Assembly (NCBI GenBank): GCA_976551045.1
Contig: CDPCPM010000037.1
Coordinates: 14,942,001-15,006,000 of the forward strand
Length of the DNA stretch: 64,000 bases
Direction of reading: 5' to 3'
DNA from: Glaucostegus cemiculus
Lineage: Eukaryota
The notes under the pieces were generated by a model that saw nothing but the letters and a program-made list of their open reading frames with translations, made no database searches and was not told the origin of the DNA. A program made the position numbers and the translations under genes. Within the stretch, counting starts at the first letter, position 1. Every line of letters begins with the position of its first letter. This document shows, in pieces, positions 25,643-38,671 of the stretch.

Positions 25643-26250
25643 TCACAACATCACAAGATAATGGAGCAGAAGCAGGCCAGTCGGCCCATCGAGTCTGCTC
25701 CAAAGGGAAGGGAGGGTGGGGAAAAAGAGGATAAGAGAAAGAAAAACCTATTCTAAGTCCAAATCCCTGCCTTATCTCCATATCCCTTGATACCTTGACC
25801 AACTAGATATCTATCTAGTTCCTTCTTGAATATCCCCAATGATCTGGCTTCCACTGCTTTCTGTGGTAAGGAGTTCCACAGGTTCACCACCCTCTGGCTA
25901 AAGAAATTCCTCCTTATCTCTGTTTTGAACCTGCTTCCTCTAATTCTAAGGTTGTGTCCTCTAGTCCTGGATTCCCCCACCAAGGGAAACAGCTTGACCA
26001 CATTCACTTTGTCCATTCCTTTCAACATCTTGTGCATTTCTATTAGGTCCCCTCTCATTCTTCTGTACTCCAACGAGTACAGTCCAAGTAACGACAGTCG
26101 CTCCTCATATGTAAACTTTTTCATCCCAGGAATCATCCTAGTAAATCTCCTCTGAACCCCCTCCAACATCAGCACATCCTTCCTAAGGTATGGGGCCCAA
26201 AACTGCACACAGTACTCCAAGTGAGGCCTCACCAGTGCCCCGTATAGCCC
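25643..26250 (-). mobile_element. Young CR1 3' fragment (same subfamily as 19555-21833)
   Basis: open 159-aa [18 protein letters not shown]...GIKGYG; tcttgtga-type tail. Confidence 0.95.
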
Positions 26251-26449
26251 TGTGTTTGGTGCAGGAAAGTGACAGCCATAACTTTATTGAAAGGCAAAAG
26301 GGGCCAAATGGAGTCGTCCTCCCTGCAATTCCTGTGATTCTATTAATGGCTTCTCATTACTGCTAATAATTTCAATGCAACTTAGTATTAGAATGTCGTC
26401 CCTGCTCCTCCCATTAGCAGATTCCCTAGTGATCAAGTAGTCAATGGAA

Positions 26450-27078
26450 TTGCATTAAGAATTGTAAGTAAATCCAACTAAATATTTGGTTAGGCCACAC
26501 TTGGAGTGTTGTGTGCAATTCTGGTCACCCCATAACAGGGGAAACGTGAAGGCTTTGGAATGGGTCAAAAGAGGTTTACCTTGATTCTGCCTGGATTACA
26601 GGGTATGAGTTATAAGGAGAGGTTGGACAAAGCTGAGTTGCTTTCTCTGGAGTGTGGGTGGCTGAGGGAAGACCTGATGGACGTTTATAAAATTAATAGA
26701 GGCAAATATAGGGAAGACAGTCAAAATCTTTATCTCCGGGATAGAAATGTCAAATACTAGAGGACATGTGTTTAAGGTGAGGGGGGAAAGTTTAAGGGAG
26801 ATGTGTGGGGCAATTTTATATTTATATATATATATAAATAAAAAATACACATACACACAGAGAGTGCTAGGTGCCTGGAAAGGGCTGCCAGAGGTGGTGG
26901 TGGAAGGAGATACAAAATTGGTGTTTAAAAGGCTTTAGATAGACTCATGAATATGCAGGGAATGGAGGGATATAGATCACATACAGGCAGAAGAGATTTA
27001 GCTTAATTTGGCATCTTTTTTGACACAGACATCATGAGCTGAAGGACCTGTTCCTGCTTGGATTGTTCTATGTTCTTT
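26450..27078 (+). mobile_element. CR1 3' fragment with internal (TA)n
   Basis: ggccacacttggagtgttgtgtgcaattctgg; TRGHVFKVRG; tail ttgttctatgttct. Confidence 0.88.
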
Positions 27079-27405
27079 GTAAATCCTGCAGATTGCATTT
27101 TAGATAATAAATTATTTAAAATACAAAACATGCAAGACAGCAAGGAATTGAGAATGCATGCATTTCTACCAGGGTCTATTTCAATTCAGTTTTGACCTAC
27201 GCCAAACAGATACTTCATCGGGACAGCCTATGATGAATGCACTTTCTTGTACCTTTCCTTAGTTATAACAAAAACGGTGAAGGTATGTAAAAATGATTTG
27301 AATGGGTTTAATTATGCCCTGTTCATCAAAATTGTTATCAAAAGATGCTAGAAGGCAACTGCTGGAACAATTGGACCTGTAATTCATAGCAAATACATCA
27401 CTGAC

Positions 27406-27534
27406 CTTCCACATACTCCTGGACATTGTCCACCAAGGCATTGATCGAACAAGGCAAGTTCCATGGGTCTTCCTGCACATTAGTTTGGATTATACTTCGA
27501 CATTTTATATTCCGATCAACTTTTTGTTGAAATT
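27406..27534 (-). CDS. PREX1: PREX1 exon, 129 nt (FQQK...[23 protein letters not shown])
   Basis: ctttag acceptor, gtcagt donor, phase 1/1. Confidence 0.94.
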
Positions 27535-28259
27535 CTAAAGGGATTCAGGAAGTTAGTGACTGAAATTTCTGCAATAACTTTCATACAGAACTACAGTGCT
27601 GGTGCAAGCAACATATGATCTACTGGTGAACCAGTACTGTGCATGAGAAATTCAAATTTGCTGCACCTTAGTTCCCCACAAGCTCAATTGCTATACAAAA
27701 GGAAAAAATGGTAATGCAGGAACAGATTACATTAACATTGCAATTCCAATCGAGAATGGTAGCAATGGTATCATTGTGTCTTGGAGCAGTAATCTGGAAA
27801 CCTGCATTAACTAAATGCAGATATGAAAGTTTAAATCCAAAATAGAAAGCTAGCATCAGTGAATCTGGCCATAAAATGGAAAATGGATTGTTGTAAAAAA
27901 ATTCATCTTGTTTGCCACTGGGGAAGAAAAACTGCCATCCTTGCCCTGCTCCATATTTCAGATTGCTTACCCACTATTAAGTAGTGTTTCTCCCCCCCCA
28001 ATCTGGTAATTGCCCATACTTGCACAAGAACATTAATCAATGTAAAGTGAACCAGCACGCATTTGTAAACAAAAGTAATGAACAAAAGTCAACCAATGTT
28101 TCGACTGATCAGCCCTAAAGATTTTATTTTGCACAATCCAATTTAAAAATACTTGATCACCAATTTGTCAATGGCAGATGCAAACAGAGATTTAAGTCTT
28201 TAAAAGATCCAAAACTTAAAATTAGAAGATAGAATTAATAATTTGAATGCTTATGCTAC

Positions 28260-28350
28260 CTTGTACATTGTATTCTGTATCAATGCCATTCGTCTCTTCA
28301 AAAGCCTTGACCATAACTGACCCCTTGAGGAGTGCATCAATTGAATCCAC
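28260..28350 (-). CDS. PREX1: PREX1 exon, 91 nt (VDSIDALLKGSVMVKAFEET...VQ)
   Basis: ttacag acceptor, weak gtagca donor, phase 0/1. Confidence 0.92.
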
Positions 28351-29661
28351 CTGTAAGAATTCAACATTTAAGTGGGTCGCAATTTGCTTACATATCTTAC
28401 ATATTTCCAATACTTGGTTTGGATGCTTTATTTCAGTGTTTGAGAATTATAAAAGACCCTGGTGAGAAAGAGAATCATAAGGCATGAGGATGTTGGAATG
28501 TGCAAACGTGATAGCAAGTTTTAAAAAGAGTTATCTAATAGGTTGAGAAGCAAGCATTTTTTTTTGGTAAACAATATTTCTCCACCAAGTCATCAAAAAT
28601 AAATATCTCCAGTCCCAATATCATTAAATAGCTCTTTTGTCTCAATTTATGTACTGCTTAAAATGAAAGCCAAAAATTATTTAAAAATTGACACAAAACT
28701 CATGTTTAAATTCATGCACATCTTGCTTTCTTCACCACAGATGACAAACAGTACATTACTACCAGAGAAGTTTTGGAAACAGTAAAAGCAGAATCACTTA
28801 AGTGATGTTCAAGTACTTCTAGAACTCGGTGTATATTTTAATGATCAGAGCAAAAATAAACAAACAATTTAAACACATCACAAAATAAAATAACAACTAC
28901 TTGTCATTCCCTACTTGCTGATTATTGCCTCCTACACAGGTGCTTAGTTTATTCAATATGTCAAATGTAGCTGCGACAGGATGCCTTTTGTATAATTTTC
29001 TTTCTGATTTCAGTTAATGTAAAATATAGAGCTCAGATCAATTGTAGAAAAAAGTGTTATCTTATTCACATCTTGTGCAGTTATCTACACAACAGCTGTA
29101 GTGAAGAAAGAAAGATGTGAATTAATTAATGCATGTGGTTTTAAGTTTTAAATATTACGCTAGACGAGGGAGTTTGCTAGCTCAGTGAATGTTAAGGTCT
29201 ATGACAAATGATGTAAACAAATGTACAAATGGAACTGAATGTTGCTACCTTGTGGAATATCATCAGCTACTAATGGCATGGCTAAGGAACCCACAAGAAC
29301 ACAAGACTTTGACTTCAAACTTGTACAGGAGGCAATCCTATAATGTTGCAGGACTCATTTTGATTTTAGGAAATACAATTACAAAATTGAAAATTTTTGA
29401 TAATGAAAATTCCATGCAATTTCATTGGTAATGATTGCTTATTCTGAATTAGCTGGTTTCATATATCCACAGTAGTTTTTCTACTTCTGATGGCAATATT
29501 CTTAACTATAAAATTGGAATTTTGTGTTTCTTTTGAATTTTAAAATTGAAACAGCAATTTCAAATCTGACACAAAAAACTGCAGACAGGCAAAGGGTGAA
29601 AACTTGATGTAACGGGTATTATGGGACATGATTTGTATATGAATGCTTAAGGTATCTGTAC

Positions 29662-29744
29662 CTGATTGAAGAGGTGCTCGAGACAACCATGTAATTTGTC
29701 CTGTTTATCAAGGGAAATTCTCATGTCACAAGGCAGTTCATCCC
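29662..29744 (-). CDS. PREX1: PREX1 exon, 83 nt ([27 protein letters not shown])
   Basis: acaaag acceptor, gtacag donor, phase 1/0. Confidence 0.95.
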
Positions 29745-29889
29745 CTTTGTTAAATAAGAAAAGAAAATGAGTTTGCCAAAATAAAATTATACAAGTAGGT
29801 AAAGGTACAGCATTTCTTCATCTGATTAATCTTCAAATCATATACTGGAAGGTGATATAAAATGCACCTAAATTGCAAGTCTCACAAAC

Positions 29890-30460
29890 TTGCACTCAGT
29901 TCTGCTGTTGATGCACACAGCATGGGCTGTGAGGAGGATGCAGTGAGGCTTCAGGGGGAAAATAAACAAGTTAAATGAATCAGGGAGGATATTGCAGATG
30001 GAATTCAACATGGAAAAATGTGAGGTTATCCACTTTGGTGCAAAAATAGAAAGGCAGAGCATTTTAAAATGGTGAGCAATTACAAGGTGTCGGTGTTCAG
30101 AGGAACCTGCATGTCCCTGCACAGAAAGCATTTAAAGTTAACATGTAGGGAAAACAAGCAATTAAAAGTGCAAATTATATGGTATCCTTTTTGTTGCAGG
30201 AATAAAGCCACCTTGCTGTAATTATACAGGGTTCTGATGGCGTCTGCATCAAGAATACAACATACTTGCCAACCTAAGGGTACACTTGTGACAGAAATAG
30301 TGCAGCAAAGGGTAACTACATTGATTCCTGGGAATATTAGGTTTGTCGTACAGGCAAAGATTAAGCACGCTTGCCCTATACTTGAACTTAGAGGAATAAA
30401 TGGCAATGTCAACAAAACATACATGGCAGAAATAGCTCTTGTGGTTAAGGAAAACATAGG
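29890..30460 (+). mobile_element. Old CR1 ORF2 fragment
   Basis: gcagatggaattcaacatggaaaaatgtgaggttatccactttgg (QMEFN..KCEVIHFG). Confidence 0.8.
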
Positions 30461-30767
30461 CTAATGTCAAAAGCCATGCAGAAAAAATGTAGAGAAAATG
30501 CTAACTATGGAGCAAATCCTCTTCCATGCAGCTCTGCATTGTTATTATCAGAATCCAGAACTTTAAGTTCAAACAGTTACACTGTTATGACAGGATGGAC
30601 TGAAGTTAACAGTATGTGGTGACGTTAATGTTAATTACAAATGCAAATGTTGCAGATGTCTTATTCTGAACACCAGTCACCATTGTACTGACCTGAGACT
30701 GGTGGTCAAAACCTAGCCAAATAATGTCAGTTAAATTTCGGACACAGAAATGCTACGAAAATTTCAC

Positions 30768-30856
30768 CTGATCCCATTTCATCACTTCCGAGGTAGGAGC
30801 TCCTGCTGCGGTCACTGGTATAGGAAAGTACCGAGTCTCTGTTGCTATTGCACTCA
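30768..30856 (-). CDS. PREX1: PREX1 exon, 89 nt ([29 protein letters not shown])
   Basis: ctgcag acceptor after T-tract, gtgaaa donor, phase 2/1. Confidence 0.96.
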
Positions 30857-33800
30857 CTGCAGAAAACCAAAAAAAAAAGTTGAACTTTCTGCATTAAAAT
30901 CTTTCACCACACTTCCAGTTATACCTTTCCCATTCACCAACTAGTTTGGAACCCAAATGCCAATACCCATTCAAATATCATCAATGAAACTTTGCTGAAT
31001 TATGCTCACTGAAACTTCATAAAATTCTGGCAGTCTACCAAGCTTCTGCTGTTTTTCCACTTTAAGCCAAGAAAATTCTTAGCACATAAAAGGTTATTTA
31101 CAAGCACAGAAAATTGTACATGTTTAAAATATGGTTCTATACAAGACTGAAATAGATATTTAAAAGCATGCTACACAATGCATCATGTACTCTTCAGAGA
31201 AAAGAAAATAATGAACAATTGTCTATAGCCCCAGGAAATGCATATTTTAAAAATAATGAATTTTAATGCACCAGAGTAGTTCAGAATAAAATGCAATCAA
31301 ATCATGATAAGGCTTACCACTCACATTCTTATAAAAAGTGTTACCTTTTCTCATATGGGCAGTTGACATCAGTCGTGTATATGTCAAAAGATTTATAATT
31401 ACATGCAGCTGAGTCTAATTGATATACTATAAAATTCCTTACATCCTGTACAAAGTACTGAAGATAATCTGCACAACTCTATATAGTCATGAATGGGAAT
31501 AACCACATACTATTTTGTCAATATACCAGTACTCTCCCTCTCTGTGATTTATGAGGCAGTATTAAAAAAAAAATCACTTTACATCTTAATATCACTTAAC
31601 TAAAATTGGCACCCAACAGCTTACAGACCTTTATTATACCTCAACTTAAATAACAGAAATACTAGGAAAGGAAATTATTCACACCTTTCCACTATTTGCC
31701 TCCAGAGGGCAACATATAAAAGACCTCCCTACTTTCTTATCCAAAGCACACACAAACACATACTATACTATGTACCAGTTGCACTTGAACATTACACAAG
31801 GGCAAGATAAAATTTATTAACAAGTTATATTTCTAAAAATACATAGAATTCAGTAATGACTGAATCATTATGGTCAGTTACAGTCTGTTGCTTTGGCTAC
31901 ACGTTGATCCTTTCGGGGGAAAAAAAGCCTGTCACTACAACAGCTCAATTATGCTTTACTGTAGTAATCAGAACTTGAAAGAATAGAATGCATGCATTTA
32001 ATTTAAATTACTGATGATTATAACAAATAAAAGTACTGGAGTCCAAATGTAGTGAAATCAGAAATGAAACCATTCTGGCACAGATTGATTCTTTTTAAAA
32101 ATAAGAATATTGCTGGATCACAAGAAATTGCCGGTAATGACACAGCATTTCAGACTCTTGCAAGTAAAAAAGTAATGAACTAATAATGAAAGTTCAATGC
32201 TGCCTTGAGTCATGTCTCAGGGAGGGAAATTGGAGCAATTCACAGAATGAATAATGCAGATAAATTTGGAATCATCAACATCAACTGGTACTAGCTGGAT
32301 TAGTAAATCAATATCCAGAAACAGCAAGGCTTGATTAAACAGAATATTAGGTTGGTGTGGAAGGGAAAAACCATCAGCTTTCTTAGGAATTATTTGGAAT
32401 TGCATGGTTTGCAGTTTGAAAATGACCATTATCCTTTCAACTAACTGGAGAAAAGTCTGAGCTCTTCACAAAAGAGATAATTGATTTAAAATTTAACTAA
32501 ACCAGTAACTACAAAATCTTTGCAAATGGGAGAACCTGCAGCTCACATAAAAAGTTGAGTAGTGCAAGATCTGTGACAAGGCACATTGTGGCTGAGCCAA
32601 CAAGTTATTTTAATTCACTAAAAATATAGCTTTATCCAATTCTCTGTGACATTGCAGAAAGCCTTGTAGAACACATGCATTAAAGCCTGATGAAGCAAAA
32701 CTATGGTATTTACAGGAGAATATCTAGCATTTCTTTACAGTCACAGTTTAAAGTTAGATGAGGCCTGCACTGAGAGGAAACGCTAAGCAAGGTACGAAGA
32801 GAATGAACAGAAACTAACATATTCCACATGCAGCCATCAAAGCATCTTTCTTCTGGCATTTCAAACAGCCTAAATGTTACTTTGTGCATGAATACTATTC
32901 AATGAACATGAGTGGTCTCAGCTGATGACTGATTATGGCTATCATTCATGAAATGCAGGCTTGCAATCCAAATCTTTGGAAAATGAACTACAAGATGACT
33001 CAGATTTTACATTAAACGTTGACTCAATCCAGCATGAGAGTGCAAAGGAACAGTAATTCCCTGCAGTTAGTAGTGGAAAATCCACACAAGAATCCTGGCA
33101 CAACCATTTCAATGGAGAAGAACTGTGAAGGAATGACCATTTTTGTAACTCTGAATATTTTTATGTTCATGCATTTTAAGATTTTTTTTCATTTTAACTT
33201 TTTTAAAAATTGTTTAATTATTTTTGACAAAGGTTTACTTATAAAAATAATTTTAGCATATTGCTGAAAGTCAGAAACATTCAATCCATCTGGCAGCTTA
33301 GCAGGGCAGCAACCCTGAGGAGGTAATTCCTTTTACTTTCAGTTTTGTAAGTGGAGTCCCCTTTGCAATCATCCCTTCTACTACATCATCACATTGTACC
33401 ACACAAGATCCCCTCACTTCAGAGGATCCAAATGAGTACTATTGCAAGTTGCGTGGATTGGTTTACGTAAATCAGAAGTAAGTGGCAGGTACAAGCAACA
33501 TTTTCTGGGTGACTGCTCTGTATTTTGCTGTCGGGCCACCTGTACATACTCACAGACTTTCTGTAGGATTTTACACTGGAAATAGATTCCTGTTTAACAC
33601 AACACTCTCTGCAGGGAACTAGAAATCAGACATATGATACTTAGTATTTCATTTCATTGTTGGATGTAGAAATACAGGGTGGTCGGTTGTCCACATTATA
33701 CAGGTATTAGTAACTGAATGGAAAGCATCAACTTCTGTGTATGGTTCAGCCAGATCAGCTAACAGTGCCCTTCATGAATGGTGCGACCAGAATCTCCATT

Positions 33801-35034
33801 CATAATTTGGAACTGGGCGCCAGTAATGTTTGCAAAAGAAGCTTTCTGTGATGCCAAAAATTTCCTTGAGAATTCTCAAAGAATTTTGTTGAAGCAACAA
33901 TTAGATTTATTACGAGCACACTCTCTTCAACAAAAGGGCACAGATTAGATTGCATTATTTAGCAGGTTCTGAAACCATTTATGAAAACAACCATCAACTT
34001 TTCTAATCTCCAAGAGGAAGCAACAATTTTTTTTTTTTTTTTAAAGTTCACACATTTCAAATAAAAATGCGAGGAATGTTTAATGATCCTGGTTATGGAA
34101 CTGAAAAATGATTTGAGAATAGTTTTGTATCCAAAATTTAAAAAGAACCGGTGGAAATAGCCCAGAAAATTAAAAAAACTACATCTATATGACACCTGAA
34201 CAAACATTTTTCTTCCCCACCTCACCACCTGCAAAACCCTAACACAAAAAAAAAGAAAAAAAAAATTTCAATGCTTGGAACTGAATTCGTGAGAAAATTG
34301 TTCAGAACCAGTGGAAAAAAAATCTGTAAAACAGCTGGTATTTCAAACCTACACCAACCATGAACAAGTTGCAAGAAGCAAATCTGTTTCAAATCAGTGC
34401 ACAATGGAGCAATTGATTTGTTCAACTTAAGTGTCTGCATTTCGAAAAGGAAAAAAAACAAACTTATTACTACTATTTGATGCTTCATTTTTAAGTTCTT
34501 ATACACCACAAAAATCAGAGCATAAAGTTCTTGATAAATTTCATAGATTTTGTTTGAAAACTGGCAGATGACGTTGTTCATTTACATTCAGCATGCAATT
34601 CAATTTGCACAAACAACCAAAATATTTCCACAACCAATATAATGAACACTTGCAGAAAAGATGCATACATTCAAAGCTGTAACTGAAAGCAGCTCAGCAC
34701 TTACACCTATGAAATGTTAATTTAAGTGCAGAGAATAAGTTTAGCTATTAGTCATTGGGGGCGGGGGTGGGGGAAGAGAAGGTCAGTATATATTTCAGTT
34801 ATGAACAATTTCTACTCTCACTGTGATGCTCAATGTCATTTTCTTCCAGGACAAACCAAAAGTCAAAAGGAATGCTTGTTAGACCAGGAGGTCCTTCATG
34901 TCACAACTCAAAACTGCAGCACAGTGGCTGTGTTACTGGACAAGTAATCCACAGCTTTGTACAAAGGGTTATGAATTCCCATCATAGAAGCAAAGAAATT
35001 TATATTCAAGAAATTATTTTATTTGGAAAAAAAA

Positions 35035-35210
35035 ATCAAAACGGCAGATACTGGATACCTGTAAAATAGAAAGGCTGGAAACAGAGTTAATGTTTCAAGT
35101 CAAAGAAGGGTCTGACCTTTTGATGAATAGTCAGTGACTTGAAACATTAACTTGAGCTTTCTTTCTGAAGATGCTGAATGACATGCTGAGTGTTTCAAGC
35201 AAGTTTTTTA
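35035..35210. repeat. Palindromic Penelope-type short repeat (two opposed half copies)
   Basis: 18-bp perfect inverted repeat 35085-35102/35135-35152; flanks carry gcagatactgga and gatgctgaatgacatgctgag motifs. Confidence 0.65.
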
Positions 35211-36765
35211 ATTAATTAAGTAACTCAGAATTAAAAAGATAGTCTGGTAATTTCACCATTTCTGAAACTGTCCTAAAAACCCCACCTGTTTAATGAATGT
35301 CCTTCACAGATTAAATGTGCTATCCTCATTCAGTATAGCCTATGACTCCTCACCCACAGCAGTGTGGTTTCCAAAATGGTCCAGGACACCACTCAGTTGA
35401 GGAGCAACTAATGATGGGATCCACTCCCAATCTCGAGTAAGACCAGAGTATTTCTTGACAGCAACTCACCAGCCAATAGGTTTGGGGCAAGGCAAGGGGG
35501 ACAACAAAAAACAAATCAATTTGCTCAGAAGGCACTATTTAAACGGCAGGCAAAAAACTGCAGCGAGCTCTTACAAAACAATAAAATGGGGTCATTTCTT
35601 CAGAAAAATGGGGTGGGGGATAGTACATAAAATCACTTACAGCAATTTTGTCACCAAGATTTATTCAGTCATCTATACTAATTTAATGCTTACTCTGGAG
35701 GAGGAGATGGGCACATCAAAAAAAAGTGCTGAGATGCCAGAGCAATTACCAGAGATACCATAACAAAACATTTTTATTGCTGCAACAGACCATACATGGC
35801 AATAGCAAACAAGTCTGTTTGAATTTGCCTTCCCATCATGCTGGAATAAAAGCATCAGATATGGCTGAAGCAATTGTATACTGGTGACTATGAACAACAC
35901 AGCCTAATATCTGCCACAAAGCTTAGTTTTAAAATGCTGTTTCAAATTCCAAAACTGAATTAGTTGTTAGGTATGAAGTGCATCACCTTGTTGCTCAGCA
36001 TCACATTCCTTGACTGTGCAGATAATTTTTAAATAGAATTTTTTTTAAACTCCAAATATTCACTTGCCTGATCATCTGGTTTAATTACCTGCATTAGGAT
36101 TCTCACCAAACTCAAATCCATAATTTACATCTGTAAATTCACAAAGTAACCAGGGAATTTGGCTTCGTCTTGTTTTCAATTCCTTCTTGCAAGAAACCAG
36201 CAGTTTATTTGATAACTCTTTAGAATACTGAAAAGGCAGTGCATTGGGAATTTTAAAAATCAGATGGGTCAAAATGTTTGGATATGGAGAGGCATTTTCA
36301 GATTGGAGCCAAAGGCTATAGACGTCATTATCACTGGGATTTCTACATGCATTAGGCATGAGTGCAAGGGCACATTGTACCAGAAGTGACATCAAAACAC
36401 TGCACAACATTTCTTTGATGTCACTAGTGCTGAAGTCAATTCCACCACACAAGACCCATAAGAGTAATGAAACCACCAATAACTTTAAAAATAATCTAAC
36501 AACAGACTTTCAATCAGAAAATGGTTGATAATAATGCTGATAGAAAGGAGTATTCAAGGGTGCAACAAGTGAGCAGGTAAACAGAATTAATATAGGTGAC
36601 AGCAGTGAAAGAAAGCTGGAGCAAACTTAACAGGGTTGTTTGGTGCTGAAACATTCTATGATTAAAAAGGACCATTGCAATATTTGTATTATTATTAACT
36701 ATCAAAAGATGTATAAAGTGCCTGGTGGCTGGTAACTCATTAAGAGAATTAATAGAAAGCCATAC

Positions 36766-36966
36766 CTATAGGAATCCCGGTAGCTTGTTGTGTCATGTCC
36801 AGAATCATCCTGCTCCTCTTCCTTCACCACAAAGCAGACTCTCTTTGTTCCACAGTGTTCAGCTTTATCGATATCATTATCTTCCATTGATGGGGGAAGT
36901 GTAAGCTCTGATGAATTGTGCTCCGAAGCCTCAGAAGGGGCAGGTTCAGTTATTGAGGATAGCAGA
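36766..36966 (-). CDS. PREX1: PREX1 exon, 201 nt (LLSSITEP...KRVCF...DSGHDTTSYRDSY)
   Basis: ctgcag acceptor, gtatgg donor, phase 2/2. Confidence 0.95.
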
Positions 36967-37619
36967 CTGCAGACACAATAGGAACAACGTTAGTCTCTGA
37001 TCTACAATACCTTGAGCCTGGAGATAATTTTCTCTTTTCTCTCCCCCATCAAGCCACCTGGAAATAATCAGCTTGTACTTCAGATGGAATAGGCACCACT
37101 TCTTGTATTTGCTGAACACATAACTCAATTTAGAGGTGAAAACCGCAATTCAATCCACACAGACTGATTCAATTTATAGTTAGACCATAATGCAGAAAAT
37201 GCCCAAAGGTTACTAATTCCAGGTCATGGGTGGCTGCCATGGAAACAGTACTTTATCGCCTGTCAAATGAAACAGCTGAAAAAGCAGAGTTTGAATCTCA
37301 TTGGGTGCTTATCCTCCAGCTTCTATGAGGTTCTCAGTCCGGTATCATAAATGTGCCAACTGTACACTACACACAAGTTAATAGTTCAAAGAAAACAACA
37401 TTTTTTGGAAGTATCTTCCAGTTGAACTGCTTCAAAGTCCAAACAGGTGCTACAAAGATATAACCACCAACGCACACTATATACAAATGAAATTAATAAT
37501 TTCTTTTCATATATAGGATTTAATGGTTCAAAACAAATGACCTACTCCATAAAATCGTACATTTTCGCAGAGGATTCTGCCATCATTTTACCAGTTTATT
37601 ATGACTAACTCTTTAAATT

Positions 37620-38350
37620 TTAGAATTCGGAGTAGAATATTCAGCCACTCCTATACCTTTCAATAAGATCAAGGTTGATCTTCTACTTTACCGCCACCTT
37701 CCTACTTTAACTTTTCATCGATTCCTTGAATACCCAACAGTCTATTTATCTCCTTCTTGAAAGTACATAATTGATGCCTAACAACTCTCTGAGGTACTGA
37801 ATTCCAAGATTCACTAAGCTTTGGATGAAGAAATCTCTTGTCCTGATTGGACGACCCCCTATTCTGAGACAGTGGGCCCTGGTTCTAATCACCCCAAACA
37901 TGGGAAAGATCCTTGCGCATCTACCCTATCCAGTCTCATAAGAATTTTGTACATCTCAATAAGATCACCTCTCATTCTTCCAAATTCTCTACAGTGCAGA
38001 CCTAGTCTGCTTCATCCCTCCTCACATGATCAACACCTCCCACAACCTCAATTGTTGAATTGATCTGGTGAACGTTGCTGCACTCCCTTAATCATAAGTA
38101 CATCTTTCCTAGTTCTGGTGACCAGACCTTTACAGAATATCCCAGATGGGGTCTCATCAGGACTCCGTATAATTGGAGCACCTTGTCTTGACTCATCATT
38201 CAAATGCTCTTGCAACGGAAGTCCAGATATTGATCATCTTTCTGCTCATGCTGAACCATGTGATCCACAGGCAAGGTCTGAACACCAACACCTTATAATC
38301 TCATTATTTTAAAAAAATTCACAGTTCGGTTTCTCTACTAAAGTGGATGA
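37620..38350 (-). mobile_element. Old CR1 3' fragment
   Basis: aagatcacctctcattcttccaaa, gaattccaagattcacta (reverse of CR1 C-terminal region). Confidence 0.8.
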
Positions 38351-38671
38351 CCGCTCTTTTCTATGTTAGAGTTAGAAATACAGCACAAAAACGGATCCCT
38401 CAGCCTAATGATTCGCACCAACCACCCATTAACACTAAGCCTTCATTAATCCCATTCTTTTTATTCTCCCTACATTCTCCCAATGCCCTTGCCCATTCAT
38501 TTAACTTGTCAATATCCTACTGTAATCTTCTCACAACTTACATTGCCAATCAACATCATCAGCAGCAAACTTAGATATATTACACTTGATGCCTCAAGCA
38601 AATCACTGATAGAAACTGAACAGCTGGGGCTTCAACACTGATCTTTGTGGCAACTCGCTGCTCAGCCTCAA

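Larger units (their letters stand above)
24740..26345 (+). mobile_element. Old CR1 fragment hosting two nested insertions
   Basis: CR1 ORF2 C-terminal similarity at 24740-25277, 25541-25642 and 26251-26345. Confidence 0.75.

Noticed and set aside
32686-32960. CTGATGA motifs as hammerhead cores or snoRNA boxes
   Set aside because: No properly placed stem II plus GAAA, and no terminal stem or box pair identified
36081-36479. 132-aa intronic ORF ending at a GCAG|GTAATT donor-like site
   Set aside because: No recognisable homology; candidate acceptors give stops in the phase-2 frame this intron requires
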